Made by a program: the position numbers and the translations under genes. This document shows positions 7,923 through 15,992 of a stretch of 24,000 nucleotides of DNA, piece after piece. Position 1 is the first letter of the stretch, and every line of letters starts with the position of its first letter. The notes beneath the pieces are model-generated. The model made no database searches, had not been told where the DNA came from, and worked only from the letters and a program-made list of their open reading frames with translations. The stretch covers positions 210,954-234,953 of the forward strand of contig NZ_JAFIQV010000004.1 in assembly GCF_017356015.1 (NCBI RefSeq), in the 5' to 3' direction. Source of the stretch: Azospirillum sp. SYSU D00513 (GTDB taxonomy: Bacteria > Pseudomonadota > Alphaproteobacteria > Azospirillales > Azospirillaceae).

Positions 7923-7938
7923 TTAAGGCCCTATTAAC
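7923..7938 (+). promoter_or_regulatory. perfect CtrA-box motif TTAA-N7-TTAAC upstream of the cheZ-like operon
   Basis: TTAAggccctaTTAAC in the 194-bp intergenic region, about 120 bp upstream of the ATG at 8058. Confidence 0.4.
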
Positions 7939-8057
7939 CCAGACGATCTAGCCTCATGCTGGCTTGAACGGCTCCAAGCCGGTGGGGACGCGCGCGGCCA
8001 TGAGGCCCGGTGCCGGTCTCCCGGCGCCGTCGCCGCCAACCCTTGCCGGGAACGTCC

Positions 8058-8732
8058 ATGGCCATATCCAGCCTCTCCGAACAGAAGCAACTGCAGCAGC
8101 AGCTCGACGCCGCCCGCGCCGAGGCCGCGCAGCCCTTGTCGCGCGCGGAGGTGACGGAGATCGTCCAGGCCATCCTCGGCAGCATGGACGGCGACGTCAA
8201 CGTCACCGACCTCCGCCTCTACAAGGAGGTGGTGGACCTAGCGAAATACATCGAGAACGCCAAGGCCGAGATCGCCGCACTCCAGCCGGCGGAGATCCGG
8301 GACGAGCACATCCCGACCGCGACGGACGAGCTGGACGCCGTCGTCGGCGCCACGGAAAAGGCGACCTTCGCGATCTTCGACGCCTGCGACGCCATCGGCG
8401 CCGTATCGGCAACGCTCGACCCCGAGGCCGCGGGCAAGCTGAACGACCAGGTCACGAAGATCTACGAGGCCTGCAATTTCCAGGACGTGACCGGCCAGCG
8501 CATCAGCAAGGTCGTCCGTACCCTGAAGCACATCGAGGCCAAGGTGGACATGGTCGTGGCCGCCTTCGGCAACGAGGTGCGCCAGAACCACATGCGCCAC
8601 GCCCCCGCCCCCGTCAGCGTGGCCCCGGCCACGGCGGACGAGGAGGAGAAGAGCCTGCTGAACGGACCGCAGATGCCGGGCAACGCCATGGACCAGGACG
8701 AGATCGACCGCCTTCTGGCGAGCTTCGATTGA
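8058..8732 (+). CDS. cheZ: CheZ-like CheY-P phosphatase
   Basis: Contains NFQDVTGQRISKVV, which matches the CheZ active-site helix motif DFQDLTGQVIKR (catalytic Gln). The C-terminal acidic peptide DQDEIDRLLASFD resembles the CheY-binding C-terminus of CheZ. Start chosen at ATG 8058 (MAISSLSEQ...). Confidence 0.75.
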   Translation: MAISSLSEQKQLQQQLDAARAEAAQPLSRAEVTEIVQAILGSMDGDVNVTDLRLYKEVVDLAKYIENAKAEIAALQPAEIRDEHIPTATDELDAVVGATEKATFAIFDACDAIGAVSATLDPEAAGKLNDQVTKIYEACNFQDVTGQRISKVVRTLKHIEAKVDMVVAAFGNEVRQNHMRHAPAPVSVAPATADEEEKSLLNGPQMPGNAMDQDEIDRLLASFD

Positions 8733-8750
8733 TGTCGGCCGGTTGAGGCC

Positions 8751-9491
8751 ATGAGTCCCACCGGCGGTTCCTCCGGCAAGGCAGCGGCCAGCGGCCTGCC
8801 CCCTCTCCGCCATGCCGGCCTCCAGTCCGCCGGCATGGGGCCGGGCGCGGGTGCGGGATCCGGCAATGGCGGCCTGCTGCTCCTGCTGTCGCTGTTCCTG
8901 CTTCTGCTCGTCTTCTTCATCGTGCTGAACGCCCAGACGATGCAGGCGCCGCAGCGGGTGAGGGCGGTGATGGCCTCGCTCGACCGCAGCTTCCCCTCCT
9001 TCATCATCGACCCGCGCCTGCGCGACGGCGCCGATCCGCTGGCCTCGCGCGCGGGCACCGTCTTCGCGGCGGAGCGGCTGGCCGCGGTCGGCGACCTGTT
9101 CGCCGCCTCCATCGCCGTCGCCAAGACCGAGATCGTCGGGCCGGGCCACCGGCTGGAGGTCCGCCTGCCGGCCGACGAGCTGTTCGTGCCCGGCACGGCG
9201 GCGCTGCGCCCCGACCGCCAGGGGCTGATCGACCGCGTCGCCGAGGCCCTGCGCGACCCGCGCCCGGGCGAGCGGCTGGAACTGGACGCCCTGCTGGCGC
9301 TCGGCCCCGCTGGCGGCCCGTCCGGCGGCCCCGCCCATCCCCCCGGCCCCGTCGCCCGCGCCGGCGCGCTCGCCCGCCTGCTGGTGGAGACCGGCGCCCC
9401 GGCGGAGGGCGTCACCATCGGCATCGAGCGCGGGGAGCCCGGCGCCGTGCGGCTGCTGTTCAGCCCGCGCGACGCGGAGGCGCGCCCATGA
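8751..9491 (+). CDS. membrane-anchored OmpA/MotB-like protein (degenerate)
   Basis: RBS GAGG. Leu-rich TM helix (LLLLLSLFLLLLVFFIVLNA) with no conserved Asp. The C-terminal half resembles an OmpA_C/MotB peptidoglycan-binding domain (LEVRLPADELFVPGTAALRPDRQGLIDRVAEAL ... RAGALARLLVETG). Confidence 0.55.
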   Translation: MSPTGGSSGKAAASGLPPLRHAGLQSAGMGPGAGAGSGNGGLLLLLSLFLLLLVFFIVLNAQTMQAPQRVRAVMASLDRSFPSFIIDPRLRDGADPLASRAGTVFAAERLAAVGDLFAASIAVAKTEIVGPGHRLEVRLPADELFVPGTAALRPDRQGLIDRVAEALRDPRPGERLELDALLALGPAGGPSGGPAHPPGPVARAGALARLLVETGAPAEGVTIGIERGEPGAVRLLFSPRDAEARP

Positions 9492-10207
9492 TCCGCCTGC
9501 CGCACAACCCGCCGGGCCTGACGCGCCCGGCGAAGGCCGGGCTGGACGCCGAGGCCGCCCCGCCGAAGTCGCTGTGGCTGATCAGCCTGACCGACCTGAT
9601 CTCGCTGATGCTCGCCTTCTTCGTGCTGATGTATTCGATGAGCGAGCCGCTGACGGCCGAGGGCTCGAGCGGGCTTGCCAAGGTGCTGATGTCGGCGCGC
9701 TCCACCGCCTTGGCGCCGTCCAGCGCCGCGCCGGAGCCGAAGGCGGCCTTCAACGCGCAGGCCGTCGAGGCGGACGGCACCATCGACCTGGATTACCTGC
9801 ACGCGCTGCTGCGCAGCCAGACCGGCCAGGATCCGGAGCTGTCCGGGCTGTCCGTGCGGCGCGAGGACGACCGGCTGGTGATCGGGCTGCCCGGCGCGCT
9901 GATGTTCGACGCGCCCGGCGGCGCCTTCTCCGACCGGGGGCGGCGCGTGCTGTTCCTGCTGGGCGCCGCCGTCGGGCGCATCGGCAACCGGATCGAGGTG
10001 GTCGGCCACGCGGAGGGCGAGGAGGGTGCCGACGGCCACGCCTGGGAGCGCTCCCTGACCCGTGCCGTCGCCGTCGCGGCGGCCCTGCGCGAGACCGGCT
10101 ACCGCCGCGACCTCGTGGCGCGGAGCGTCATGGCCGCCGGGACGGGAATGGGCGCCAGCGCCGGACCGCGCGTGGACGTGGTCGTGCGCGACGAGGCGGA
10201 GGGCTGA
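9488..10207 (+). CDS. MotB-like stator/OmpA-family protein
   Basis: The ATG overlaps the upstream stop (ATGA); RBS GGAGG. The N-terminal SLWLISLTDLISLMLAFFVLMYSMS resembles the MotB TM segment with its conserved Asp. The C-terminus is OmpA-like (LVIGLPGALMFD.....FSDRGRRVL..LG..V....NRIEVVGHAEG...WERSLTRAVAVAAALRETGY). Confidence 0.7.
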   Translation: MIRLPHNPPGLTRPAKAGLDAEAAPPKSLWLISLTDLISLMLAFFVLMYSMSEPLTAEGSSGLAKVLMSARSTALAPSSAAPEPKAAFNAQAVEADGTIDLDYLHALLRSQTGQDPELSGLSVRREDDRLVIGLPGALMFDAPGGAFSDRGRRVLFLLGAAVGRIGNRIEVVGHAEGEEGADGHAWERSLTRAVAVAAALRETGYRRDLVARSVMAAGTGMGASAGPRVDVVVRDEAEG

Positions 10208-10212
10208 CGGCC

Positions 10213-13200
10213 ATGGCGGGACGCGCATCGCACCGGCGCTGGCTGCGCGGCCTGATGGCCGCCACGGCCCTGTGCACCGCGCTGGGCGGAGGCCTCCTGG
10301 CCGGCGCGCCGCAGGCCCATGCCGCGACGGTGCCCGTGCGCGCCGCCACCCACCCGACCTACGGGCGCGTCGTGTTCGACTGGCCGGAGCGGGTCGGCTT
10401 CACCGCGCGGGTGGAGGGCAGCAGCCTGATCGTCGCCTTCGACCAGCCCATCGAGGCGCCGGTCCAGCGCGCCGTGTCGGCTCTGCCCGGCTACCTGTCC
10501 GGCGGGCGGATCGCCGCCGACGGCAAGACGGTGGAATTCACCCTGAAGCGGCCGGTCGAGTTGAAGACCTTCCGCAGCGGCAACGGTAACCCCATCGTCA
10601 TCGACCTCCTCCCGACGAAGGACGCGCCCGGGGAGGCTCCCAAGGAGGCGGCTCCGCCCACCGCACCCCAAACCCCAGCTCAAGCCCAGCCGGCCAGGCC
10701 CGCCGCCGGGACGGTGACGGTGCAGGGGAACGACGACGCGACGCACAGCCGCATCGCCTTCAACTGGCCGGGGCCGGTGGACTACACGGTCAAGCGCGAC
10801 GGCAGCGCCGTCACCGTTCTGTTCGACCGGGCCGCGCGGGCCGACCTGTCCCCCGTGGCCCGCGCCAGCCTGCGCAACATCCGCAACGTCGAGAGCTTCC
10901 GCCAGCCGGACGGCAACCTCGCCGTGACCTTCGTCGCACCCCACGGCGCCGGGCTGCGGGAAAGCCGGTCCGGCAGCGCCGTGGTGCTGGAGGTGCTGAA
11001 CACCGGAAGCCCCCCCGCCAAGCCGGCGGAGGCCGCCCAGCCGCAGCCGCAAGCACCGGCACCGGCACAGCCGCAGGCCCAGACGGCCGCCGCGGCCCCC
11101 GCCCCGCAGGCACCGCAAGCACCGCTCCCGGCGGCGCCGGGCCGGGCCACGGCGGACAGCCGCACCACCGCCTCCGCCGCGAACGCCGCCGCCGTGGAGG
11201 CCCCGGCCCCGGCCAGGGCGCCGCAGCCGCCGGTCCAGGCCCACTTCCTGCCGGCGCCGGCCAAGGGCGAGGCCGGGCAGGGGCCGGCGCTGGTCTTCGA
11301 CGCGGGCGGCCCGTCCTCCATCGCGCTGTTCCCGCGCGCCGGGCGCCTCTACATCGTCTTCGACAAGCCGCTTCCCATCGGGGCCGGGCGGATCGTCGGC
11401 CATGGCGGCGAGCTTCTGGGCGCCATCGAGCCGGTTCCGGCGACCGGCGGCACCGCCTTCCGCACGAACATCGGCCCGATGGTCTGGCCGAAGCTCGAGC
11501 GCCAGGGCACGGTCTGGCGGATCACGCCCGCCGCCCGGCTGTCCACCGCCCCGCCGAAGGACATTCCCATCGATCCGGAGCCCGACTTCGTGCTGGGCGC
11601 GCGGCTGCTGGCGCGGGCGCCGGACGCCGCGGCGGTCGTGCAGCTCGTCGATCCGGACATCGGCGACCGGCTGCATGTGGTGCCGCTGCCGGTGCCCGGA
11701 TCGGCGGTGCTGGACCCGCACCGCTACGCCGACCTGGAGGTGATGGCCTCCTACCAGGGCGTGGTCGTGCGCCCCATCGCCGACGGGGTGAGCGTCCGCC
11801 CGGTGAAGGAGGGGGTGGAGCTGGCCGCCGCCGGCGGCCTGCACCTGTCCCCCACCGCCGATTCCGGTCGGCGCCCCAGGGAGGCGGCCCCGGCGGAAAC
11901 GGCCCTGGCGCAGGCGCCGGCTTCCGGATCGCCGCCCTTCCCGGCGCCCGGCGGCGCCTCGGCCGGGCCGGGCGCTCCGCCGGGCGCCGCGACGGGCAAG
12001 GGCGGGCAGCCGCCGCGCCTGTTCGATTTCGCCGCCTGGCAGCGCGGCGGTCTGGACCGTTACACGGAGAACCGGCAGGAGCTTCAGCTCGCCGCCGTCA
12101 ACGCCCCCGATTCGGAGCGGCCGAAGGCGCAGCTCGACCTCGCGCGCTTCTACCTCTCCCAGGGTTTCGCGCAGGAGACGCTGGGTCTGCTCGACGTGCT
12201 GCGCCAGAACCAGCCGGACCTCGATGGCCGGCCGGAGTTCCTGGCCCTGCGGGGTGCGGCGCGCGTGCTGGCCGCCGACCATGAGGGCGCGGCCAAGGAC
12301 CTCGGCGACCCGGTGCTGTCCAGCCATCCGGAAACGGCGCTGTGGCGCGCCGCCAGCGCCGCCGACCTTGCCGCCGACAAGGACGATTGGAAAACGGCGC
12401 TCGACGGCTTCAAGGCGGGCGGCGCGATCCTGGCCCAGTATCCCGAGCCGATCCTCGGCAAGCTCGCCCTGCGCGCGGCGGAGGCGGCCCTGGAGTCCAA
12501 GGACCTTCCCTTCGCCAAGCGCATGCTCGACCGCGTGATCGAGCGCGCGGGCGAGGAGGGGCTGGACCGCCCCGAGCTGCAATATCTGCGCGGCCTCTAC
12601 CACATGCAGACGGAGGAGCCGAAGCCGGCGCGCGAACAGCTCCAGGCCGCCTACGACAGCCTCGACCGCCTCTACCGGGCCAAGGCCGGGCTGGCCCTGA
12701 CCGAGCTGGAGCTGGCCGAGAAGACCATGTCGCCCTCCGCCGCCGCGGAGCGGCTGGGCGGGCTGACCGTCACCTGGCGCGGCGATGCGCTGGAAATGAA
12801 GATCCGCCGCCGCATGGGCCAGGCGCTGATCGAGGCGGGCCAGTACGCCGAGGGCTTCAAGACGATGAAGGAAACGGCGACGCTCGCCGCTGGCACGCCG
12901 CTGGCCGAGGAGATCGCCGGCGACATGACGCGCATCTTCGGCGACCTTTACAAGGACGGCGCCGCCCACCTCTCCACGCTCGACGCGCTGGACCTCTACG
13001 ACCAGTTCCGCGAACTGACCCCCGTGGGGGAGCCGGGCGACGAGATCGTCCGCCAGCTCGCCGAGCGGCTGATCCAGGTCGATCTGCTGAACCGCGCCTC
13101 CGACCTTTTGCAGCATCAGGTGGAATACCGCCTGTCCGGCCCCGAGAAGGCGCGGGTCGGCACGCGGCTGGCCTCTGTCCGGCTGCTCGACAACAAGCCG

Positions 13201-13731
13201 GAGCAGGCGATCCGCGCGCTGGAGCTGTCGAACATCCCCGGCATCCCGCCGGAGCTGGCCGCGGAACGCCGGCTGATGCAGGCCAAGGCGCTCGCCGAAC
13301 TCGGCCGGGGCGAGGAGGCGCTGCTGCTGCTGGCCGAGGACGACAGCAAGGCCGCCGAGCTTCTGCGGGTGGACATCGCCTGGAGCGGCCAGAAATGGGA
13401 ACCGGCGGCCTTCGCGCTGGGCAAGGTCATCGGCCCGCCCCCCGCCGCCGGCACCCCCATCGAGCCCGGCACCTCGCAGCTCGTCCTCAACCGCGCCGTC
13501 GCCCTGGCCCTGGCTGGCGACGGCACCGGCCTGAACCTCCTGCGCCGCGACTTCGGCCCCGCCATGACCACCGGCCCCGACGCCGACGCCTTCCGCGTCC
13601 TGACCCGCCCCGAACAGGCCCTCGGCCTGATCGACGTGAGCACCGTGCGCTCGCGCGTGGCGGAGGTGGATATTTTCAAGGAGTTCCTGAAGGACTACCG
13701 GGCGAAGAATGCGGGCGCGCCGGGGGCTTAG
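10213..13731 (+). CDS. large secreted AMIN-repeat / Pro-Ala-Gln linker / TPR-like protein (1172 aa)
   Basis: RBS GGAGGG. Signal peptide ending AQAHA-AT. Two AMIN-like modules (..THPTYGRVVFDWPERVGFTARVEGSSLIVAFD....IVIDLLP and ..ATHSRIAFNWPGPVDYTVKRDGSAVTVLFD....VVLEVLN). Long P/A/Q low-complexity linker. The C-terminal ~650 aa are helical and repeat-rich (TPR-like). The ORF-track start at 9574 is an out-of-gene extension overlapping the previous CDS. Confidence 0.7.
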   Translation: MAGRASHRRWLRGLMAATALCTALGGGLLAGAPQAHAATVPVRAATHPTYGRVVFDWPERVGFTARVEGSSLIVAFDQPIEAPVQRAVSALPGYLSGGRIAADGKTVEFTLKRPVELKTFRSGNGNPIVIDLLPTKDAPGEAPKEAAPPTAPQTPAQAQPARPAAGTVTVQGNDDATHSRIAFNWPGPVDYTVKRDGSAVTVLFDRAARADLSPVARASLRNIRNVESFRQPDGNLAVTFVAPHGAGLRESRSGSAVVLEVLNTGSPPAKPAEAAQPQPQAPAPAQPQAQTAAAAPAPQAPQAPLPAAPGRATADSRTTASAANAAAVEAPAPARAPQPPVQAHFLPAPAKGEAGQGPALVFDAGGPSSIALFPRAGRLYIVFDKPLPIGAGRIVGHGGELLGAIEPVPATGGTAFRTNIGPMVWPKLERQGTVWRITPAARLSTAPPKDIPIDPEPDFVLGARLLARAPDAAAVVQLVDPDIGDRLHVVPLPVPGSAVLDPHRYADLEVMASYQGVVVRPIADGVSVRPVKEGVELAAAGGLHLSPTADSGRRPREAAPAETALAQAPASGSPPFPAPGGASAGPGAPPGAATGKGGQPPRLFDFAAWQRGGLDRYTENRQELQLAAVNAPDSERPKAQLDLARFYLSQGFAQETLGLLDVLRQNQPDLDGRPEFLALRGAARVLAADHEGAAKDLGDPVLSSHPETALWRAASAADLAADKDDWKTALDGFKAGGAILAQYPEPILGKLALRAAEAALESKDLPFAKRMLDRVIERAGEEGLDRPELQYLRGLYHMQTEEPKPAREQLQAAYDSLDRLYRAKAGLALTELELAEKTMSPSAAAERLGGLTVTWRGDALEMKIRRRMGQALIEAGQYAEGFKTMKETATLAAGTPLAEEIAGDMTRIFGDLYKDGAAHLSTLDALDLYDQFRELTPVGEPGDEIVRQLAERLIQVDLLNRASDLLQHQVEYRLSGPEKARVGTRLASVRLLDNKPEQAIRALELSNIPGIPPELAAERRLMQAKALAELGRGEEALLLLAEDDSKAAELLRVDIAWSGQKWEPAAFALGKVIGPPPAAGTPIEPGTSQLVLNRAVALALAGDGTGLNLLRRDFGPAMTTGPDADAFRVLTRPEQALGLIDVSTVRSRVAEVDIFKEFLKDYRAKNAGAPGA

Positions 13732-13874
13732 GCTGTTTACTCATAAAATCTGACGCCCCACCAGACGCCGTTATCGCTTGGTCCCTCTGGCGAAGACGAC
13801 ACCAGCAGCGCATCCGCCGCTCACACTGGAAGCGACGAACTAAAAACGATAGGGACTGGCTGTAGTACTAGGTC

Positions 13875-14237
13875 ATGTCTGCAAAGGGTGGCAGGTTGAA
13901 GAGCAGTCCCAAAGTGTGCAGTACGGGACGCTATGATCTGACAGACGCGCATTGGGAGCGGCTGAAGCCGCCTCTTCCTCCGGAACGTGCGTCAACCGGG
14001 CGACCGAGCCACGGCCACCGGTGCATGATCAATGGGATTCTGTGGATCGCCCGCACGGGCGCGCCCTGGCGTGACTTGCCGGAACGGTACGGCTCGTTCG
14101 GCACGGTTTCGAGTTGGTCCTATCGCTGGCGCAAAGCCGGCATTTGGCAGCGCGTCCTGGAAGCGTTGCAGGCCAGTGCCGACCGTCGGGGCCAGGGTCG
14201 GAGCCCCATACTCCCATTCGAGCCCAGCGGAGGATAA
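13875..14237 (+). mobile_element. IS5-family (IS427/IS1031-group, DUF4096-type) transposase OrfA fragment, truncated
   Basis: RYDLTDAHWERLKPPLPP....GRP....R.MINGILWIARTGAPWRDLPERYGSFGTVSSWSYRWRKAGIWQRVLEAL is the typical N-terminal module. Similarity ends near 14200, and no DDE domain follows. Confidence 0.75.
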
Positions 14238-14239
14238 AC

Positions 14240-14594
14240 TGTGCCGCTAATATCCCGAGGCTCAATTCCAATTGAACTGCACGCCACAAATTGACGATTA
14301 TATGGAAACGCACAACCTTGGCAAATAATTTAGTGTAAAAGATGAAATAAATCATCAATAAACTAAGAATTTACATTTGACTTCCCCATAGCATTTAGTG
14401 AAAACTTTCTAGTATTACCTGCGCGTGTGCATATAAAAGCAAAAAATATTAACTTTTTAACCAAACTAGTGTAAGTCGGTGGCGATCATACGGACGAATG
14501 CAAGCATGAGGTTTGAAAGTTGGGCACGGCATCTGGACGTTTGAAGAGAGATGCTTTATACCAACTCCAGATGATCAATTAAGCGGTATTCCAA
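14240..14594 (+). promoter_or_regulatory. very AT-rich leader/promoter region of the island operon, with repeated ATTTAGTG motif
   Basis: About 355 bp of non-coding DNA; a sampled line is about 28% G+C. The exact 8-mer ATTTAGTG occurs at 14328-14335 and 14393-14400, and the related CTAGTGTAA at 14466-14474. There are several TTGAC(G/T) and TATAAA-like hexamers, but no pair with convincing spacing. Confidence 0.3.
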
Positions 14595-15992
14595 ATGCTT
14601 GCCTTGCAGCCTCAGCGCGCTACGCCAGAACAGTTGCCGATTATCAGCAGTAGGGCAACCGGTGTTGAAATCCTCAGGGGGGCTGCTGGTAGTGGCAAAA
14701 CGACAACAGCAATACTTCGCCTTGAGTCGCTCGCGTTCACCTTTTCTGAACGAATTCAACGGCTCAAATTAGGGCGTCCGGTCAAAATCCTTGTATTAAC
14801 GTATTATCGATCGCTTGCAGGATATGTAGAGGAGCTTGCACGTACTCAGCTTCGTTCTGCTCCTGGGATAGAAGTCCAGGTATCAACATTTGCATCCTGG
14901 GCTCGATTAGGTCTTGGCAATGTACCTATTTTAAACGGAGATACGCAGAGGAATTGGGCGTTACACTTCTGTCGCGGCATTCCTCTTCCTAGTGAGTTTC
15001 TTTTAAATGAGATAGATTATGTAAGAGGAAGATTTAGTCGTGAAAATTTAGAGCATTATGTAGACGCGGATCGCACCGGTCGTGGATCAACACCTCAAGT
15101 TCTGCGGACGTTGCGTCCTCAGATCATCGCTGCAATACAACAGTATGAGAAACATCTACTTGATAATGGAAAGGGATGCCATGATTGGCATACTCTTGCA
15201 CATGATATGAAAAATATGGACAGCTTGCAATACGACATCGTGATCGTTGATGAAGCTCAGGACTTTTCTGCAAATCAACTGCGCGCAGTTATAAAGCACC
15301 TTGCGGAGCCACATTGCCTTACGCTAGTGATTGATACTGCACAGCGCTTGTACCCACGTGGATACACGTGGAGTGAAATCGGCATACGCAACGCGCGCTA
15401 TCATAGGTTGGAAGAGAACCATCGAAATACTGTCGAAATTGCATCTTTTGCTGCAGGTATTATCGATGGCATCCCCCTTGATGACGACGCCACTTTACCC
15501 AATATTGCAGCGCTGTCCCGGCATGGCGATAAGCCTTTAGTGTTGCGCGGGTTCTACAGTGATCAATTAGCTTTCGCTCTTAGGTGGGTGCAAGACCACG
15601 TGGATCTAGAAAAGGAGTCAGTCGCCTTCTTAAAGCCAATGGGTGGTAATTGGTTTAGAGATGTAAGGACTGCACTTGCTGAAAGGGGCATTGATTTTAT
15701 AGAGTTAACACAAAATCGCGAATGGCCACAAGGAAAAGAAAACGTTGCGCTTTGTACAATGCATTCCGCTAAAGGACTCGAGTTTGATCATGTGATAATG
15801 CTCGGGTTAAATGCTGAAAACCTGCCACATGGTGAGGGCTCTGACGATGACACGCTGCTTAGTAAGCGACGCCTTCTTGCCATGGCCGCTGCAAGAGCTC
15901 GGAAAACTGTTATGGTTGGATACAAGCCAGATAGAGCATCTGACCTTATAGAATTCTTCAAACCAGGTACGTTCAAAACTCTTGACGTGTGA
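14595..15992 (+). CDS. minimal SF1 (UvrD/Rep-like) DNA helicase, 465 aa
   Basis: Walker A GAAGSGKTTTA. Motif II IVIVDEAQDF. Motif III-like VIDTAQRLY. Motif IV-like LEENHRNTVEI. Motif V CTMHSAKGLEFDHVIMLG. Motif VI-like RRLLAMAAARARKTVMV. An in-frame stop at 14580-14582 fixes the ATG at 14595 as the first start. Confidence 0.85.
   Translation: MLALQPQRATPEQLPIISSRATGVEILRGAAGSGKTTTAILRLESLAFTFSERIQRLKLGRPVKILVLTYYRSLAGYVEELARTQLRSAPGIEVQVSTFASWARLGLGNVPILNGDTQRNWALHFCRGIPLPSEFLLNEIDYVRGRFSRENLEHYVDADRTGRGSTPQVLRTLRPQIIAAIQQYEKHLLDNGKGCHDWHTLAHDMKNMDSLQYDIVIVDEAQDFSANQLRAVIKHLAEPHCLTLVIDTAQRLYPRGYTWSEIGIRNARYHRLEENHRNTVEIASFAAGIIDGIPLDDDATLPNIAALSRHGDKPLVLRGFYSDQLAFALRWVQDHVDLEKESVAFLKPMGGNWFRDVRTALAERGIDFIELTQNREWPQGKENVALCTMHSAKGLEFDHVIMLGLNAENLPHGEGSDDDTLLSKRRLLAMAAARARKTVMVGYKPDRASDLIEFFKPGTFKTLDV

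Noticed and set aside
4580-7923. Long minus-strand ORFs (4580..6277, 5995..7923, 6393..7604) and alternative plus-frame ORFs (4654..5982, 7218..7916)
   Set aside because: They are antisense or out of frame relative to fliL, fliM and the PflI-like and MotE-like genes. The translations are R/G/A/H-rich with no recognisable motifs, which is a GC-rich frame artefact.
9574-10212. N-terminal 213 codons of the 1385-aa ORF-track version of the large protein
   Set aside because: This part overlaps the MotB-like CDS in another frame and is R/G-rich. A proper RBS, ATG and signal peptide occur at 10213, so I started the gene there.
11030-11230. CCGCAG/GCACCG-rich repetitive DNA
   Set aside because: It encodes the P/A/Q linker of the large AMIN/TPR protein. 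The repeats are irregular, so this is not a CRISPR array or IS end.
8462-13116. Minus-strand ORFs 8462..10228 (588 aa) and 10099..13116 (1005 aa); plus-frame ORFs 7964..8746 and 12342..13865
   Set aside because: They overlap the better-supported cheZ-like, MotB-like and AMIN/TPR genes. The composition is Arg/Gly/Pro-rich nonsense, and there are no RBS or family motifs.
13735-13874. Looked for a tRNA gene, att site or IS terminal inverted repeat at the left island border
   Set aside because: I could not fold a cloverleaf, and I found no matching repeat at the right border (about 19300-19685). The IS5 left end probably lies near 13850-13870, but I cannot define it by eye.
14029-14358. 109-aa minus-strand ORF spanning the IS5 fragment / AT-rich junction; 67-aa minus ORF 14556..14759
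   Set aside because: They cross a composition boundary or lie antisense to the helicase 5' end. There are no motifs and no RBS, so these are probably chance ORFs.
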